Shown: positions 25,378 through 33,359 of the stretch, in pieces
How positions within the stretch are numbered: position 1 is the stretch's first letter
Layout of the letters: every line of letters begins with the position of its first letter
Source of the DNA: Omnitrophica WOR_2 bacterium RIFCSPHIGHO2_02_FULL_67_20
GTDB taxonomy: Bacteria; Omnitrophota; Gorgyraeia; Aquiviventales; Aquiviventaceae
Direction: 5' to 3'
Length of the DNA stretch: 38,840 bases
Assembly: GCA_001805695.1 (NCBI GenBank)
Contig: MHGT01000036.1
Location: forward strand, 4,146-42,985
Notes under the pieces: generated by a model
Told to the model about the DNA's origin: nothing
Databases searched by the model: none
What the model saw: only the letters and a program-made list of their open reading frames with translations
Translations under genes and position numbers: made by a program

Positions 25378-26197
25378 AGTGACGGGGCTCTCCCGGCATG
25401 CGCCGTCCGGGTCTGTTTCGGGGCGGCATGTCGTCTGCGACCTGCTCGATGCGCAGCGGACCGCCACTGTGATCCGGGACTGCCGGCCGGACGTGGTCAT
25501 CCACGCGCAGGCGCTGTCAGACGTGGATGCGTGCGAGCGGGAGCCCGCGCTCGCGGACGCCCTGAATGTCACGGCGATCCGGCACGTGCTCCGGGCCCTC
25601 GAGGGGACCGGGGCCCTCGTCGTCTACGTCAGCACCGACTACGTGTTCGACGGGACGAAGGCGGCGCCGTATGATGAACGGGACGAGCCCCGGCCCATCA
25701 GCGTCTACGGGCGGTCAAAGCTTGCGGGGGAGCGGGCGGCGCTGGCGGCGCCGCGTTCGATCGTCGTGCGGACGAGCACGCTCTTCGGACCCGGCCGGAT
25801 GAGTTTCTGCGACCACGTCGTCAAGCAGCTCACGGCCGGCGAACCGGTACAAGCGTTCACCGACCAGGTCACGTCGCCGACGTACAGCGAGGATCTCGCC
25901 GACGGCCTGGCGCAGCTGAGCCAGACTGTCCGGGACTCGTGGAGCGAGCAGGGGCCGCGCGTGTTCCACGTCGCCAGTGCGGGCAGCTGCAGCCGGGTGG
26001 AATTCGCGAGGCGCGTGGCGGATTTGCTCGGGGCGCCCCGCACACTCGTTTGCGGGATCCCGATGGCCCAGCAGCGCCGCCCGGCGCTGCGGCCGGCGTA
26101 CTCGGCGCTCACAACCGTGCACAAGAATCAGGCAATGGGGAGGATGCTACGACCATGGGACGAAGCGCTCGCGGCCTATCTGCGTCAGCGCCGCTAG
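25304..26197 (+). CDS. rmlD: dTDP-4-dehydrorhamnose reductase
   Basis: (V)KTLITGSTGLLG, STDYVFDG and YGRSKLAGE. The GTG start lies 74 nt inside the rmlB ORF. Confidence 0.9.
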   Translation: MKTLITGSTGLLGHSLIRRLVALGEVTGLSRHAPSGSVSGRHVVCDLLDAQRTATVIRDCRPDVVIHAQALSDVDACEREPALADALNVTAIRHVLRALEGTGALVVYVSTDYVFDGTKAAPYDERDEPRPISVYGRSKLAGERAALAAPRSIVVRTSTLFGPGRMSFCDHVVKQLTAGEPVQAFTDQVTSPTYSEDLADGLAQLSQTVRDSWSEQGPRVFHVASAGSCSRVEFARRVADLLGAPRTLVCGIPMAQQRRPALRPAYSALTTVHKNQAMGRMLRPWDEALAAYLRQRR

Positions 26198-27498
26198 CTC
26201 GGCTAGCCAAGCGCATTACCGCCCGGACGGCGCGCGTCGGCGTCATCGGGCTCGGTTACGTCGGTCTGCCGCTCGCCGTCGAGTTCGCGAAAGAAGGGTT
26301 CACCGTCACAGGGATTGACCTCGACGCCGCGCGGGTCCGGAGGGTCAACCGCGGGCGCTCCTATATTCTCGACGTGCCGAGCGACGATCTCCGGAAGCTG
26401 CGCCGCGCGCGGCGGCTCTCGGCGACCTCCTCGTTCGATGTGCTCGCCAAGCAGGACGCGATCATCATCTGCGTCCCCACGCCGCTGCGCAAGACCCGTG
26501 AGCCGGACATGTCATTCATTATCTCCGCGACGAATGAGATCGCCCGCCGGGCGCGCCGGGGCCAGCTCATCGTGCTGGAAAGCACGACGTATCCGGGGAC
26601 GACGGACGAGGTGGTCCGACCAGCGATCGAGGCGCGCGGTCTCACGGTCGGGAAGGACGTCTGCCTCGCCTTCTCGCCCGAGCGGATCGACCCGGGCAAT
26701 GCGGTGTACACGACGCGCACGATTCCGAAGGTGATCGGCGGCACGACGCCGCTGTGCACGAAGCTGGCCGCGGCCCTCTACGGCTCGGCGATCCACCGGA
26801 CGGTGCCGGTCTCCTCCTCGCGGGTGGCCGAGATGGTCAAGCTGCTGGAGAACACCTTCCGCGCCGTCAACATCGGCCTCGTCAACGAGATGGCGCTCAT
26901 CTGCGACCGCCTCGGCATCGACGTCTGGGAGGTGATCGAGGCGGCGCGGACCAAGCCGTTCGGGTTCATGCCGTTCTACCCGGGCCCCGGCATCGGCGGC
27001 CACTGCATCCCCTCCGACCCCATCTACCTTGCCTGGAAGGTGCGCGTCCACGGTTTCGAGGCGCGCTTCATCGACCTCGCCTCGCAAATCAACGGGGCGA
27101 TGCCGGAGTACGTCGTCGAGAAAGTCGGGAAGGTGCTGAACGACCGGCGCACGGCGCTCAAGGGCGCTCGGGTGCTGCTCCTGGGCCTGGCGTACAAGAA
27201 AGACGTGGGCGATTTGCGCGATTCGCCGGCCTTCGATGTCGCGCGGCTCCTCGCGGAGCGTGGGGCCGTCATCGCCTACCACGATCCGTTCGTCCCATCG
27301 GCGGAGCTGAATGGCGCGCGGTACCGCTCGACGCCGCTCACCGCCGCCGCCCTGCGGCGGAGCGACTGCGTCGTCCTGCTCACGAACCACTCGTCGGTGG
27401 ACTATGCCTTCGTGCTGCGCAAGGCGCCGGTCATCGTGGACACGCGCAACCAGTACGGCAGCCTCGGGCGGTCCTCCGCGAAGGTCGTGAAATTGTAA
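26155..27498 (+). CDS. UDP-N-acetyl-hexosamine 6-dehydrogenase (WbpA/WbpO/TviB/WecC-type nucleotide-sugar dehydrogenase)
   Basis: RVGVIGLGYVGLPLAVEFAKEGF, GPGIGGHCIPSDP and GLAYKKDVGDLRDSP. The start is taken as the ATG at 26155. The ORF-track N-terminus before it overlaps rmlD in another frame. Confidence 0.88.
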   Translation: MGRSARGLSASAPLARLAKRITARTARVGVIGLGYVGLPLAVEFAKEGFTVTGIDLDAARVRRVNRGRSYILDVPSDDLRKLRRARRLSATSSFDVLAKQDAIIICVPTPLRKTREPDMSFIISATNEIARRARRGQLIVLESTTYPGTTDEVVRPAIEARGLTVGKDVCLAFSPERIDPGNAVYTTRTIPKVIGGTTPLCTKLAAALYGSAIHRTVPVSSSRVAEMVKLLENTFRAVNIGLVNEMALICDRLGIDVWEVIEAARTKPFGFMPFYPGPGIGGHCIPSDPIYLAWKVRVHGFEARFIDLASQINGAMPEYVVEKVGKVLNDRRTALKGARVLLLGLAYKKDVGDLRDSPAFDVARLLAERGAVIAYHDPFVPSAELNGARYRSTPLTAAALRRSDCVVLLTNHSSVDYAFVLRKAPVIVDTRNQYGSLGRSSAKVVKL

Positions 27499-27514
27499 GA
27501 GCGCTGCTCGGAGC

Positions 27515-27766
27515 ATGAACAGAGCAGGTGGACGAATGGCCGGACGGACGGCGGGCGCACATTGCCTGTTCTGTGGACGGTTGATGGCGGCACGGTCCGG
27601 CCGACCGGCGCTGCGGTGCCGCGGCTGCGGGGCGCACTTTGCGGCTACGTGGGATCAGGCAGGCTGCTTGACCGGCCTACGGATCGAATCCTGCGGGGCA
27701 AGGCCGTGCTGCCGGGATGCTGCTCCAGCAGGCGGACGCAGGCAACGGAAGCGCGTGGAGGGTTGA
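27515..27766 (+). CDS. Possible small zinc-ribbon protein (83 aa)
   Basis: CLFCG-N14-CRGCG motif. The stop overlaps the next ATG (TGATG), as at other junctions in this cluster. Arg-rich, with weak GC3 bias, so it could be spurious. Confidence 0.3.
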   Translation: MNRAGGRMAGRTAGAHCLFCGRLMAARSGRPALRCRGCGAHFAATWDQAGCLTGLRIESCGARPCCRDAAPAGGRRQRKRVEG

Positions 27767-28710
27767 TGGCGCGATATCTTGTGACAGGCGGGGCGGGGTT
27801 CATCGGCTCGCATGTTGTGGACCGGCTGCTCGCCGACGGCCACCAGGTGCGCGTGCTGGACGACCTCTCCTCCGGCCGGCGGGAGAACCTCGCGCAGGCG
27901 GGCAAGCGCGTCGAGTTCATCCAGGCGGACATCCGCGACCGCGCCGCGATGGGCAAGGCGTGCAAGGGTATTACGCGCATCATCCACGCCGCCGCCTGGC
28001 GCAGCGTCCCGAAGTCCATGGCCGATCCCTACGGCTACACCGACGTCAACGTCCTCGCCACGGTGAACCTCCTCGAAACGGCGGTGAAGGAGAAGGTGAA
28101 GCGGGTCGTGTGCGTCTCGTCCAGCTCGGTCTACGGCGATGCGACGAAGATGCCGCTGCGCGAGGACGCCCCGACTCTTCCGATCTCCCCCTATGCGGCC
28201 TCGAAGCTGGCCGACGAGCTCTTCTGCGGCCTCTTCCACCGCGCCTTCGGGCTCGAGACGGTCGCCGTGCGGTACTTCAACGTCTTCGGCCCCCGGCAGA
28301 GCCTGGAGAACGAGTACGCGGTGGTGATCCCGAAGTTCATCGTCTGTCTCCTCCGCAAGGAATCGCCGCCGATCTACGGCGATGGCACGCAGTCGCGCGA
28401 CTTCACCTACGTGGATAACGTGGTCGAGGGCACCATCGCGGCCTCCCAGGTTCCCGGCGTCAGCGGCGAGGTGTTCAACGTGGCGCTCGGCGAGGAGCAC
28501 ACGGTGCTCCATCTCCTGGAGGAGCTGAACTCGATCATGAGCCTCTCCATCAAGCCGGCCTTCAAGCCCCCGCGAGCCGGCGACGTCAAGCGCACCTTCG
28601 CCGATTCCTCCAAGGCCGAGCGGCTGCTCAAGTGGAAGGGGCGCATCAGCTTCTCCGAGGGGCTGCGCCGCACCGTCGACTGGTTCCGGGCGCACCCGCC
28701 GAAAGCGTAG
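27766..28710 (+). CDS. NAD-dependent nucleotide-sugar 4-epimerase (WbpP/TviC-like SDR)
   Basis: [22 protein letters not shown] and YAASKLADE. It lies directly after the UDP-N-acetylhexosamine dehydrogenase, as in the WbpO/WbpP and TviB/TviC pairs. Confidence 0.88.
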   Translation: MARYLVTGGAGFIGSHVVDRLLADGHQVRVLDDLSSGRRENLAQAGKRVEFIQADIRDRAAMGKACKGITRIIHAAAWRSVPKSMADPYGYTDVNVLATVNLLETAVKEKVKRVVCVSSSSVYGDATKMPLREDAPTLPISPYAASKLADELFCGLFHRAFGLETVAVRYFNVFGPRQSLENEYAVVIPKFIVCLLRKESPPIYGDGTQSRDFTYVDNVVEGTIAASQVPGVSGEVFNVALGEEHTVLHLLEELNSIMSLSIKPAFKPPRAGDVKRTFADSSKAERLLKWKGRISFSEGLRRTVDWFRAHPPKA

Positions 28711-28711
28711 T

Positions 28712-28806
28712 GCGTTGGGCCCGTTGTGCCGGTTGAGCCTGTTGGAAGGTTGAATACCCTCTCACCAAACGGGCCTAACGGACAAAACCGGCCTAACGGG
28801 TCAAAC
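28712..28806. repeat. 9-bp-unit palindromic array, GCCCGTT family, copy 4 of 4 (more degenerate)
   Basis: gcgttgg gcccgttgt gccggttga gcctgttgg ... caaacgggc ctaacggac aaaaccggc ctaacgggt. Confidence 0.8.
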
Positions 28807-28812
28807 CCGCAG

Positions 28813-29931
28813 ATGCCCACCATTCCGCTCATCGATTTGAAGGCGCAATACCGCGCCATCAAGCCCGAGATTGACCGCGCGATCCAGCGGGTGCTCGAGA
28901 GCGGTCAGTTCATCTTGGGGCCGGAGATCGAGGCGCTGGAAGGGGAGTTGGCCGCGTACTGCGGGGTACCGCACGCCGTGGGGGTGGCCTCCGGGACCGA
29001 CGCGCTGGCACTGGCGCTGCGGGCCAGCGGGATCGGTCCGGGCCATGAAGTCATCACGTCGGCCTTCAGCTTCGTCGCCACGGCTGAAGCGATCGTCGCC
29101 GTCGGGGCCGTCCCGGTGTTCGTGGACATCGATCCGGTCACCTGCACGCTCGATCCCGCCAAGCTTCCCCACGCGATTTCTGCCCGGACGAAAGCGATCC
29201 TGCCGGTGCACCTCTACGGGCATCCCGCCCGGATGGAGGCGATCACGACGCTGGCGCAGACGCATCGCCTGACGGTGATCGAGGACTGCGCCCAGGCGAT
29301 TGGCGCGCGCGCTGATGGACGGTCCGTCGGCTCGTTCGGCCAGGCTGGGGCGATTAGCTTCTATCCCACCAAGAATCTCGGGGGCTACGGCGACGGCGGA
29401 ATGGTGGTGACCCGCGACGCCAAGGTGGCGGAGCAGGTGCGGCTCCTGCGCGCGCACGGCAGCCGCGAGCGCTACCGCCACCTCGTCCTCGGAACGAACA
29501 GCCGGCTGGATGAGCTCCAGGCCGCTGTGCTGCGGGTCAAGCTGCGCCACCTCGAGCGCTGGACCGAGGCTCGGCGGCGGCACGCCGCGGCCTACGGCGA
29601 CGCATTCCGGCGTCATCATCTGGACGACATCGTGCTCCCGCAAGAGCTGCCCGGCTCCCGGCACGTCTACCACCTCTATCCCATTCGTGTCGCGGAGCGC
29701 GATCGGGTCGCCGCAGCCCTCGCGCGGCAGGGCATCGAGACGCAAGTCGCCTACCCGTCCAGCCTCCCCGCACAGCCGGCGCTGCAACCGTACGCGCCGC
29801 AGAGTCCTCCGTGTCCGGTTTCTGACGCGGTCGCCAAGGACATCCTCGCGCTGCCGATCTACCCTGAGCTGACCCCGGAGACGATCGAGCAGGTCGTCCT
29901 GCAGATCGCGCGGATGCGCGTCCATTCGTGA
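28813..29931 (+). CDS. DegT/DnrJ/EryC1/StrS-family PLP-dependent sugar aminotransferase
   Basis: IPLIDLKAQY, GVASGTDALALAL, and FYPTKNLGGYGDGG (PLP lysine motif). Confidence 0.92.
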   Translation: MPTIPLIDLKAQYRAIKPEIDRAIQRVLESGQFILGPEIEALEGELAAYCGVPHAVGVASGTDALALALRASGIGPGHEVITSAFSFVATAEAIVAVGAVPVFVDIDPVTCTLDPAKLPHAISARTKAILPVHLYGHPARMEAITTLAQTHRLTVIEDCAQAIGARADGRSVGSFGQAGAISFYPTKNLGGYGDGGMVVTRDAKVAEQVRLLRAHGSRERYRHLVLGTNSRLDELQAAVLRVKLRHLERWTEARRRHAAAYGDAFRRHHLDDIVLPQELPGSRHVYHLYPIRVAERDRVAAALARQGIETQVAYPSSLPAQPALQPYAPQSPPCPVSDAVAKDILALPIYPELTPETIEQVVLQIARMRVHS

Positions 29932-29979
29932 ACTGTCGACCCGCTCACCAGTCTCTCCTTCCGTCACGAGCCTGTTGCG

Positions 29980-31185
29980 ATGCCCGCCTGTGACGTGACC
30001 GTAGTCGGAGGCGGGATCGTCGGCCTGGCCACGGCGATGGTCTGGGAGCAGCGGTTCCCTGGCGCCAAGCTCATCGTGCTGGAGAAGGAGCCGGCGGTCG
30101 GGGCCCACCAGACCGGCCACAACAGCGGCGTCATTCACTCCGGGCTCTACTACCGTCCCGGATCGCTCAAGGCCCAGACCTGTGTCACCGGGGCGCGCCT
30201 GATGGCGGAGTTTTGCCAGGCGAACCGGATCCCCTACCGTCTCTGCGGGAAGCTCGTCGTGGCCACGGAGGCATCGGAGCTGGCCGCGCTCGAGCGGTTG
30301 TATCAGCAGGGGCTGGCCAATGGGGTCCCGGGCCTTGGGATGATCGGGCCGGAGCGTCTCCGGGAGCTGGAGCCGCATGCCAGAGGGCTCAAGGCGATCC
30401 ACGTGCCCAGCGCCGGGATCGTGGACTATGCGGCAGTCGCCCGCGCATTCGCCCGGATCATTGGGGCGCAGGGCGGGGAGATCCGAACGAGCAGCCGGGT
30501 CTTGCGGCTCATGAGACGGGAAGGGAGCTGGCTGGCGGAGACGACGACAGGGGAGGTTCGCTCACGCGCCCTGATCACCTGCGGCGGGTTGCACGCCGAC
30601 CGGCTCGCGGCGATGGCGGGCGGAAGACGCGAGCTGCGGATCGTGCCGTTTCGCGGAGAGTACTACGCATTGCTTCCTGAGCGCTGCTTCCTCGTGCAGG
30701 GGATGCTCTATCCCGTGCCCAACCCGGCGTTGCCGTTTCTCGGCGTCCATTTCACCCGGACGATCACTGGCGGCGTGCACGCGGGCCCGAACGCGGTCCT
30801 GGCGCTGGCGCGGGAAGGGTATCGGAAGGCCGACATCAATCTGCGCGATCTCCTCGACCTCGCGACCCATCCCGGATTTTGGCGTATGGCACGGACCTAC
30901 TGGCGGGTCGGTCTTGAGGAGAGCTATCGCTCTTGGAGCAAACGGGCCTTTGTCCGCACCCTGCAGCGGCTCGTGCCGGAGATCCGGCCCGCCGACATGG
31001 GAGCAGGCGGCAGCGGGGTGCGCGCGCAGGCGGTCGATTCGGCCGGCGCGCTCGTCGATGATTTCAACATCGTTCAGAGCGAGCACGCGATCCATGTCCG
31101 CAACGTGCCCTCGCCGGCCGCCACCGCCTCGATCCGCCTCGGGCAGCACATCGCTGACCTCGCGGCCTCCTCGTTCACAACATGA
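29980..31185 (+). CDS. lhgO: L-2-hydroxyglutarate oxidase/dehydrogenase (LhgO/YgaF-type FAD enzyme)
   Basis: VVGGGIVGLATA, HQTGHNSGVIHSGLYYRPGSLKA, PFRGEYY, LPFLGVHFTR and NVPSPAATAS all parallel E. coli LhgO as I remember it. Confidence 0.88.
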   Translation: MPACDVTVVGGGIVGLATAMVWEQRFPGAKLIVLEKEPAVGAHQTGHNSGVIHSGLYYRPGSLKAQTCVTGARLMAEFCQANRIPYRLCGKLVVATEASELAALERLYQQGLANGVPGLGMIGPERLRELEPHARGLKAIHVPSAGIVDYAAVARAFARIIGAQGGEIRTSSRVLRLMRREGSWLAETTTGEVRSRALITCGGLHADRLAAMAGGRRELRIVPFRGEYYALLPERCFLVQGMLYPVPNPALPFLGVHFTRTITGGVHAGPNAVLALAREGYRKADINLRDLLDLATHPGFWRMARTYWRVGLEESYRSWSKRAFVRTLQRLVPEIRPADMGAGGSGVRAQAVDSAGALVDDFNIVQSEHAIHVRNVPSPAATASIRLGQHIADLAASSFTT

Positions 31186-31191
31186 ACACGC

Positions 31192-31220
31192 TTGACTACG
31201 GGCTGAAAGTTAGCTAAAGT
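31192..31220 (+). promoter_or_regulatory. Sigma70-like promoter in an AT-rich island
   Basis: TTGACT (31192-31197), a 17-nt spacer, then TAAAGT (31215-31220). The 8-bp palindrome TTAGCTAA (31210-31217) overlaps the -10. Confidence 0.5.
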
Positions 31221-31274
31221 ATGTCAATATTTCCTACAGTTTTATAGCCAGCTTTCTCACCACTGGAATCCGCG

Positions 31275-31553
31275 TTGACGAAGCGTTCCCTGACCCCTAA
31301 GCAGCAAACTGTGCTCGACTTCATCCAGCGCTTCTACGCCGAACACCGCCAGTCTCCCCTCATCCGAGAGATCCAAGCCGGTTGTCAGGTCGCCTCCTAC
31401 AAGTCGGCGTTAGACCGCCTCACGGCCCTCGAGCGCAAGGGCTACCTCAAGCGCCTCCCCAACAAACACCGGGGCATCAGGCTCGTCCGGCGCTTCGCGG
31501 AGCCCCAGGCGCAGCCGGGCAGCGCGCCCTCAGTGCTCGAAGGAGTGGCCTGA
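31275..31553 (+). CDS. LexA N-terminal (winged-helix DNA-binding) domain protein lacking the S24 peptidase domain
   Basis: [31 protein letters not shown]...[20 protein letters not shown] parallels the LexA N-terminal domain. The ORF ends ~20 aa later. TTG start. Confidence 0.72.
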   Translation: MTKRSLTPKQQTVLDFIQRFYAEHRQSPLIREIQAGCQVASYKSALDRLTALERKGYLKRLPNKHRGIRLVRRFAEPQAQPGSAPSVLEGVA

Positions 31554-31663
31554 TGCGCGTCCTCCTCACCGGAGGGGCCGGGTTCACCCCGCACCACCCC
31601 TCCTTGGCAGGATGGACGGTACAGGCCTGCTCGACACGGTGGGAGACCCCGCGATGGGTATGA
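31553..31663 (+). pseudogene. 5' stub of an SDR epimerase/dehydratase gene (first 11 codons only)
   Basis: The ATG overlaps the preceding stop (TGATG) and encodes [11 protein letters not shown]. Similarity is then lost, and the stub stops just past the real start of the next SDR gene ([15 protein letters not shown] at 31660). Confidence 0.45.
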
Positions 31664-32607
31664 GGGTTTTGATCACGGGGGGTGCGGGGTTCATCGGTTC
31701 CCATCTGTGCGACCGGTTCCTCGCCGAGGGCCACACCGTCATCTGCGTAGACAATTTTCTCACCGGCGCTGAGGCGAACATCGCCCATCTGCGCTCCAAA
31801 TCGTCATTCCAGTTCATCCGGCATGACATCTCGAAGTCCCTCGAAGTGGAGGGGGTAATTGACCTCATCCTCCATTTCGCCTCTCCCGCCAGCCCCATTG
31901 ACTACCTGAAGCTTCCCATCCAGACCCTGAAGGTGGGCTCCATCGGGACGATGAATGCTCTCGGGATCGCGAAGGCCAAGCGGGCGCGGTTTCTCTTGGC
32001 CTCGACGTCGGAGGTCTACGGCGATCCGGATGTGCACCCACAGGTCGAGACCTACTGGGGGCATGTCAACCCCATCGGCCCACGGGGGGTCTACGACGAA
32101 GCGAAGCGGTTTGCGGAAGCCATGACCATGGCCTACCACCGCGCGCATGGCGTGGACACGCGCATCGTGCGCATCTTCAACACCTACGGGCCGAGGATGC
32201 GCGCCAACGATGGCCGAGCGATCCCGGCCTTCATCAGCCAGGCACTCCGCCAAGAGCCCATCACCGCGTTCGGGGACGGCTCCCAGACGCGGTCGTTCTG
32301 TTATGTGGATGACCTGATCGAAGGGATCGTGCGGCTCTCCCGCTGCGCCTACCACGACCCGGTTAATCTCGGCAATCCCGAAGAATACACCATCCTCCAG
32401 CTCGCCGAGAAGATCATCGAGCTGACCAAGAGCCAGAGCCGGGTGGAGCTGCATCCGCTGCCGCAGGACGATCCCAAGCAGCGCTGCCCCAACATCAGCC
32501 TCGCGAAGCGGCTCCTCAACTGGAAGCCGCAGACCCCGCTGACAGATGGTCTGCGCAAGACCATCCCCTGGTTTGCCGAGCAGCTCAAGCGGTTTCCCGC
32601 GACATGA
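31660..32607 (+). CDS. UDP-glucuronate decarboxylase (UDP-xylose synthase)-like SDR
   Basis: [20 protein letters not shown]...[36 protein letters not shown] and [10 protein letters not shown] are typical of UXS-type enzymes. Confidence 0.88.
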   Translation: MRVLITGGAGFIGSHLCDRFLAEGHTVICVDNFLTGAEANIAHLRSKSSFQFIRHDISKSLEVEGVIDLILHFASPASPIDYLKLPIQTLKVGSIGTMNALGIAKAKRARFLLASTSEVYGDPDVHPQVETYWGHVNPIGPRGVYDEAKRFAEAMTMAYHRAHGVDTRIVRIFNTYGPRMRANDGRAIPAFISQALRQEPITAFGDGSQTRSFCYVDDLIEGIVRLSRCAYHDPVNLGNPEEYTILQLAEKIIELTKSQSRVELHPLPQDDPKQRCPNISLAKRLLNWKPQTPLTDGLRKTIPWFAEQLKRFPAT

Positions 32608-33359
32608 ACGCTCCCGCGCGCGACGAGATGCTGCCACGCCCGGAACGCCGGGGTCCCGTTGCCGCCCACTTCCCGGACATGCGGCTTCTCCATGAAGTCA
32701 CCAAGAGCCCCCAGGTGACCCAGCGCGATCTCTCCCGGCGCATCGGCATGGCCCTCGGGTTGACCAACCTCATCCTGCGCCGGCTCATTAACAAGGGGTT
32801 CATCAAGATCGTGAACGTCGAGAAAAGCCGGATCCGCTACCTCGTGACTCCGAAAGGGATGATGGAGAAGGCCCGGCTGACGCACGAGTACATCGAGTAC
32901 TCGCTGTTATTTTATCGGAGCATCCGGGAGTTCCTGACGGAGCATTTCGCCCGCCTGGCGCAGGAGGGGCATCGCCGCGTGCTCCTCTGCGGGACGGGGG
33001 AGCTGGCCGAGATCGCGTGGTTGACCATGCAGCAGGTGGGACTGGAGCTTGTGGGCGTGATTGATGAGGCGCCCACCAGCAAACCCTTCTTGGGACGCCA
33101 GGTGCACAGCCTCGGCTATGCGGCGGAGGCTGAGTGTGACCGCATCGTCATCGCGTCGCTCGCTCCCCACCAGGCGCTGCTGAATCAGCTGGCATCGGTG
33201 GGGATCGAGGCGGAGCGGTGTCTGCTGGTCCCACAGCCGGGGAAGCCGCTCCCGCCCCTCGCACGCGATGCGGCGTCGCGTCCCCCCTCAACGGTTCACT
33301 GGGAAGAGGAGCAGTCCCCCACCCCCACCGCGGCCCCCTCTGGCACAGAGACCGCATGA
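32604..33359 (+). CDS. EPS-associated MarR-type winged-helix regulator fused to a Rossmann-like C-terminal domain
   Basis: The wHTH is [31 protein letters not shown]...YLVTPKG. The C-terminus ([13 protein letters not shown]...LVGVIDE...FLGRQV) resembles the nucleotide-binding-like domain of EPS priming transferases. Confidence 0.7.
   Translation: MNAPARDEMLPRPERRGPVAAHFPDMRLLHEVTKSPQVTQRDLSRRIGMALGLTNLILRRLINKGFIKIVNVEKSRIRYLVTPKGMMEKARLTHEYIEYSLLFYRSIREFLTEHFARLAQEGHRRVLLCGTGELAEIAWLTMQQVGLELVGVIDEAPTSKPFLGRQVHSLGYAAEAECDRIVIASLAPHQALLNQLASVGIEAERCLLVPQPGKPLPPLARDAASRPPSTVHWEEEQSPTPTAAPSGTETA

Noticed and set aside
25939-26154. ORF-track start at 25939 for the nucleotide-sugar dehydrogenase, and 18253 for LptD, 36724 for DegT, 33218 and 27562 for the SDR genes
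   Set aside because: The upstream portions overlap the preceding, well-supported genes out of frame. Family-typical N-termini and coupled start codons occur further downstream, at the coordinates given in the features.
31186-31274. SOS box in front of the LexA-like gene
   Set aside because: No CTGT-N8-ACAG or GAAC-N4-GTTC type palindrome is present. Only a short TTAGCTAA palindrome is there, which is reported as a candidate operator but not as an SOS box.
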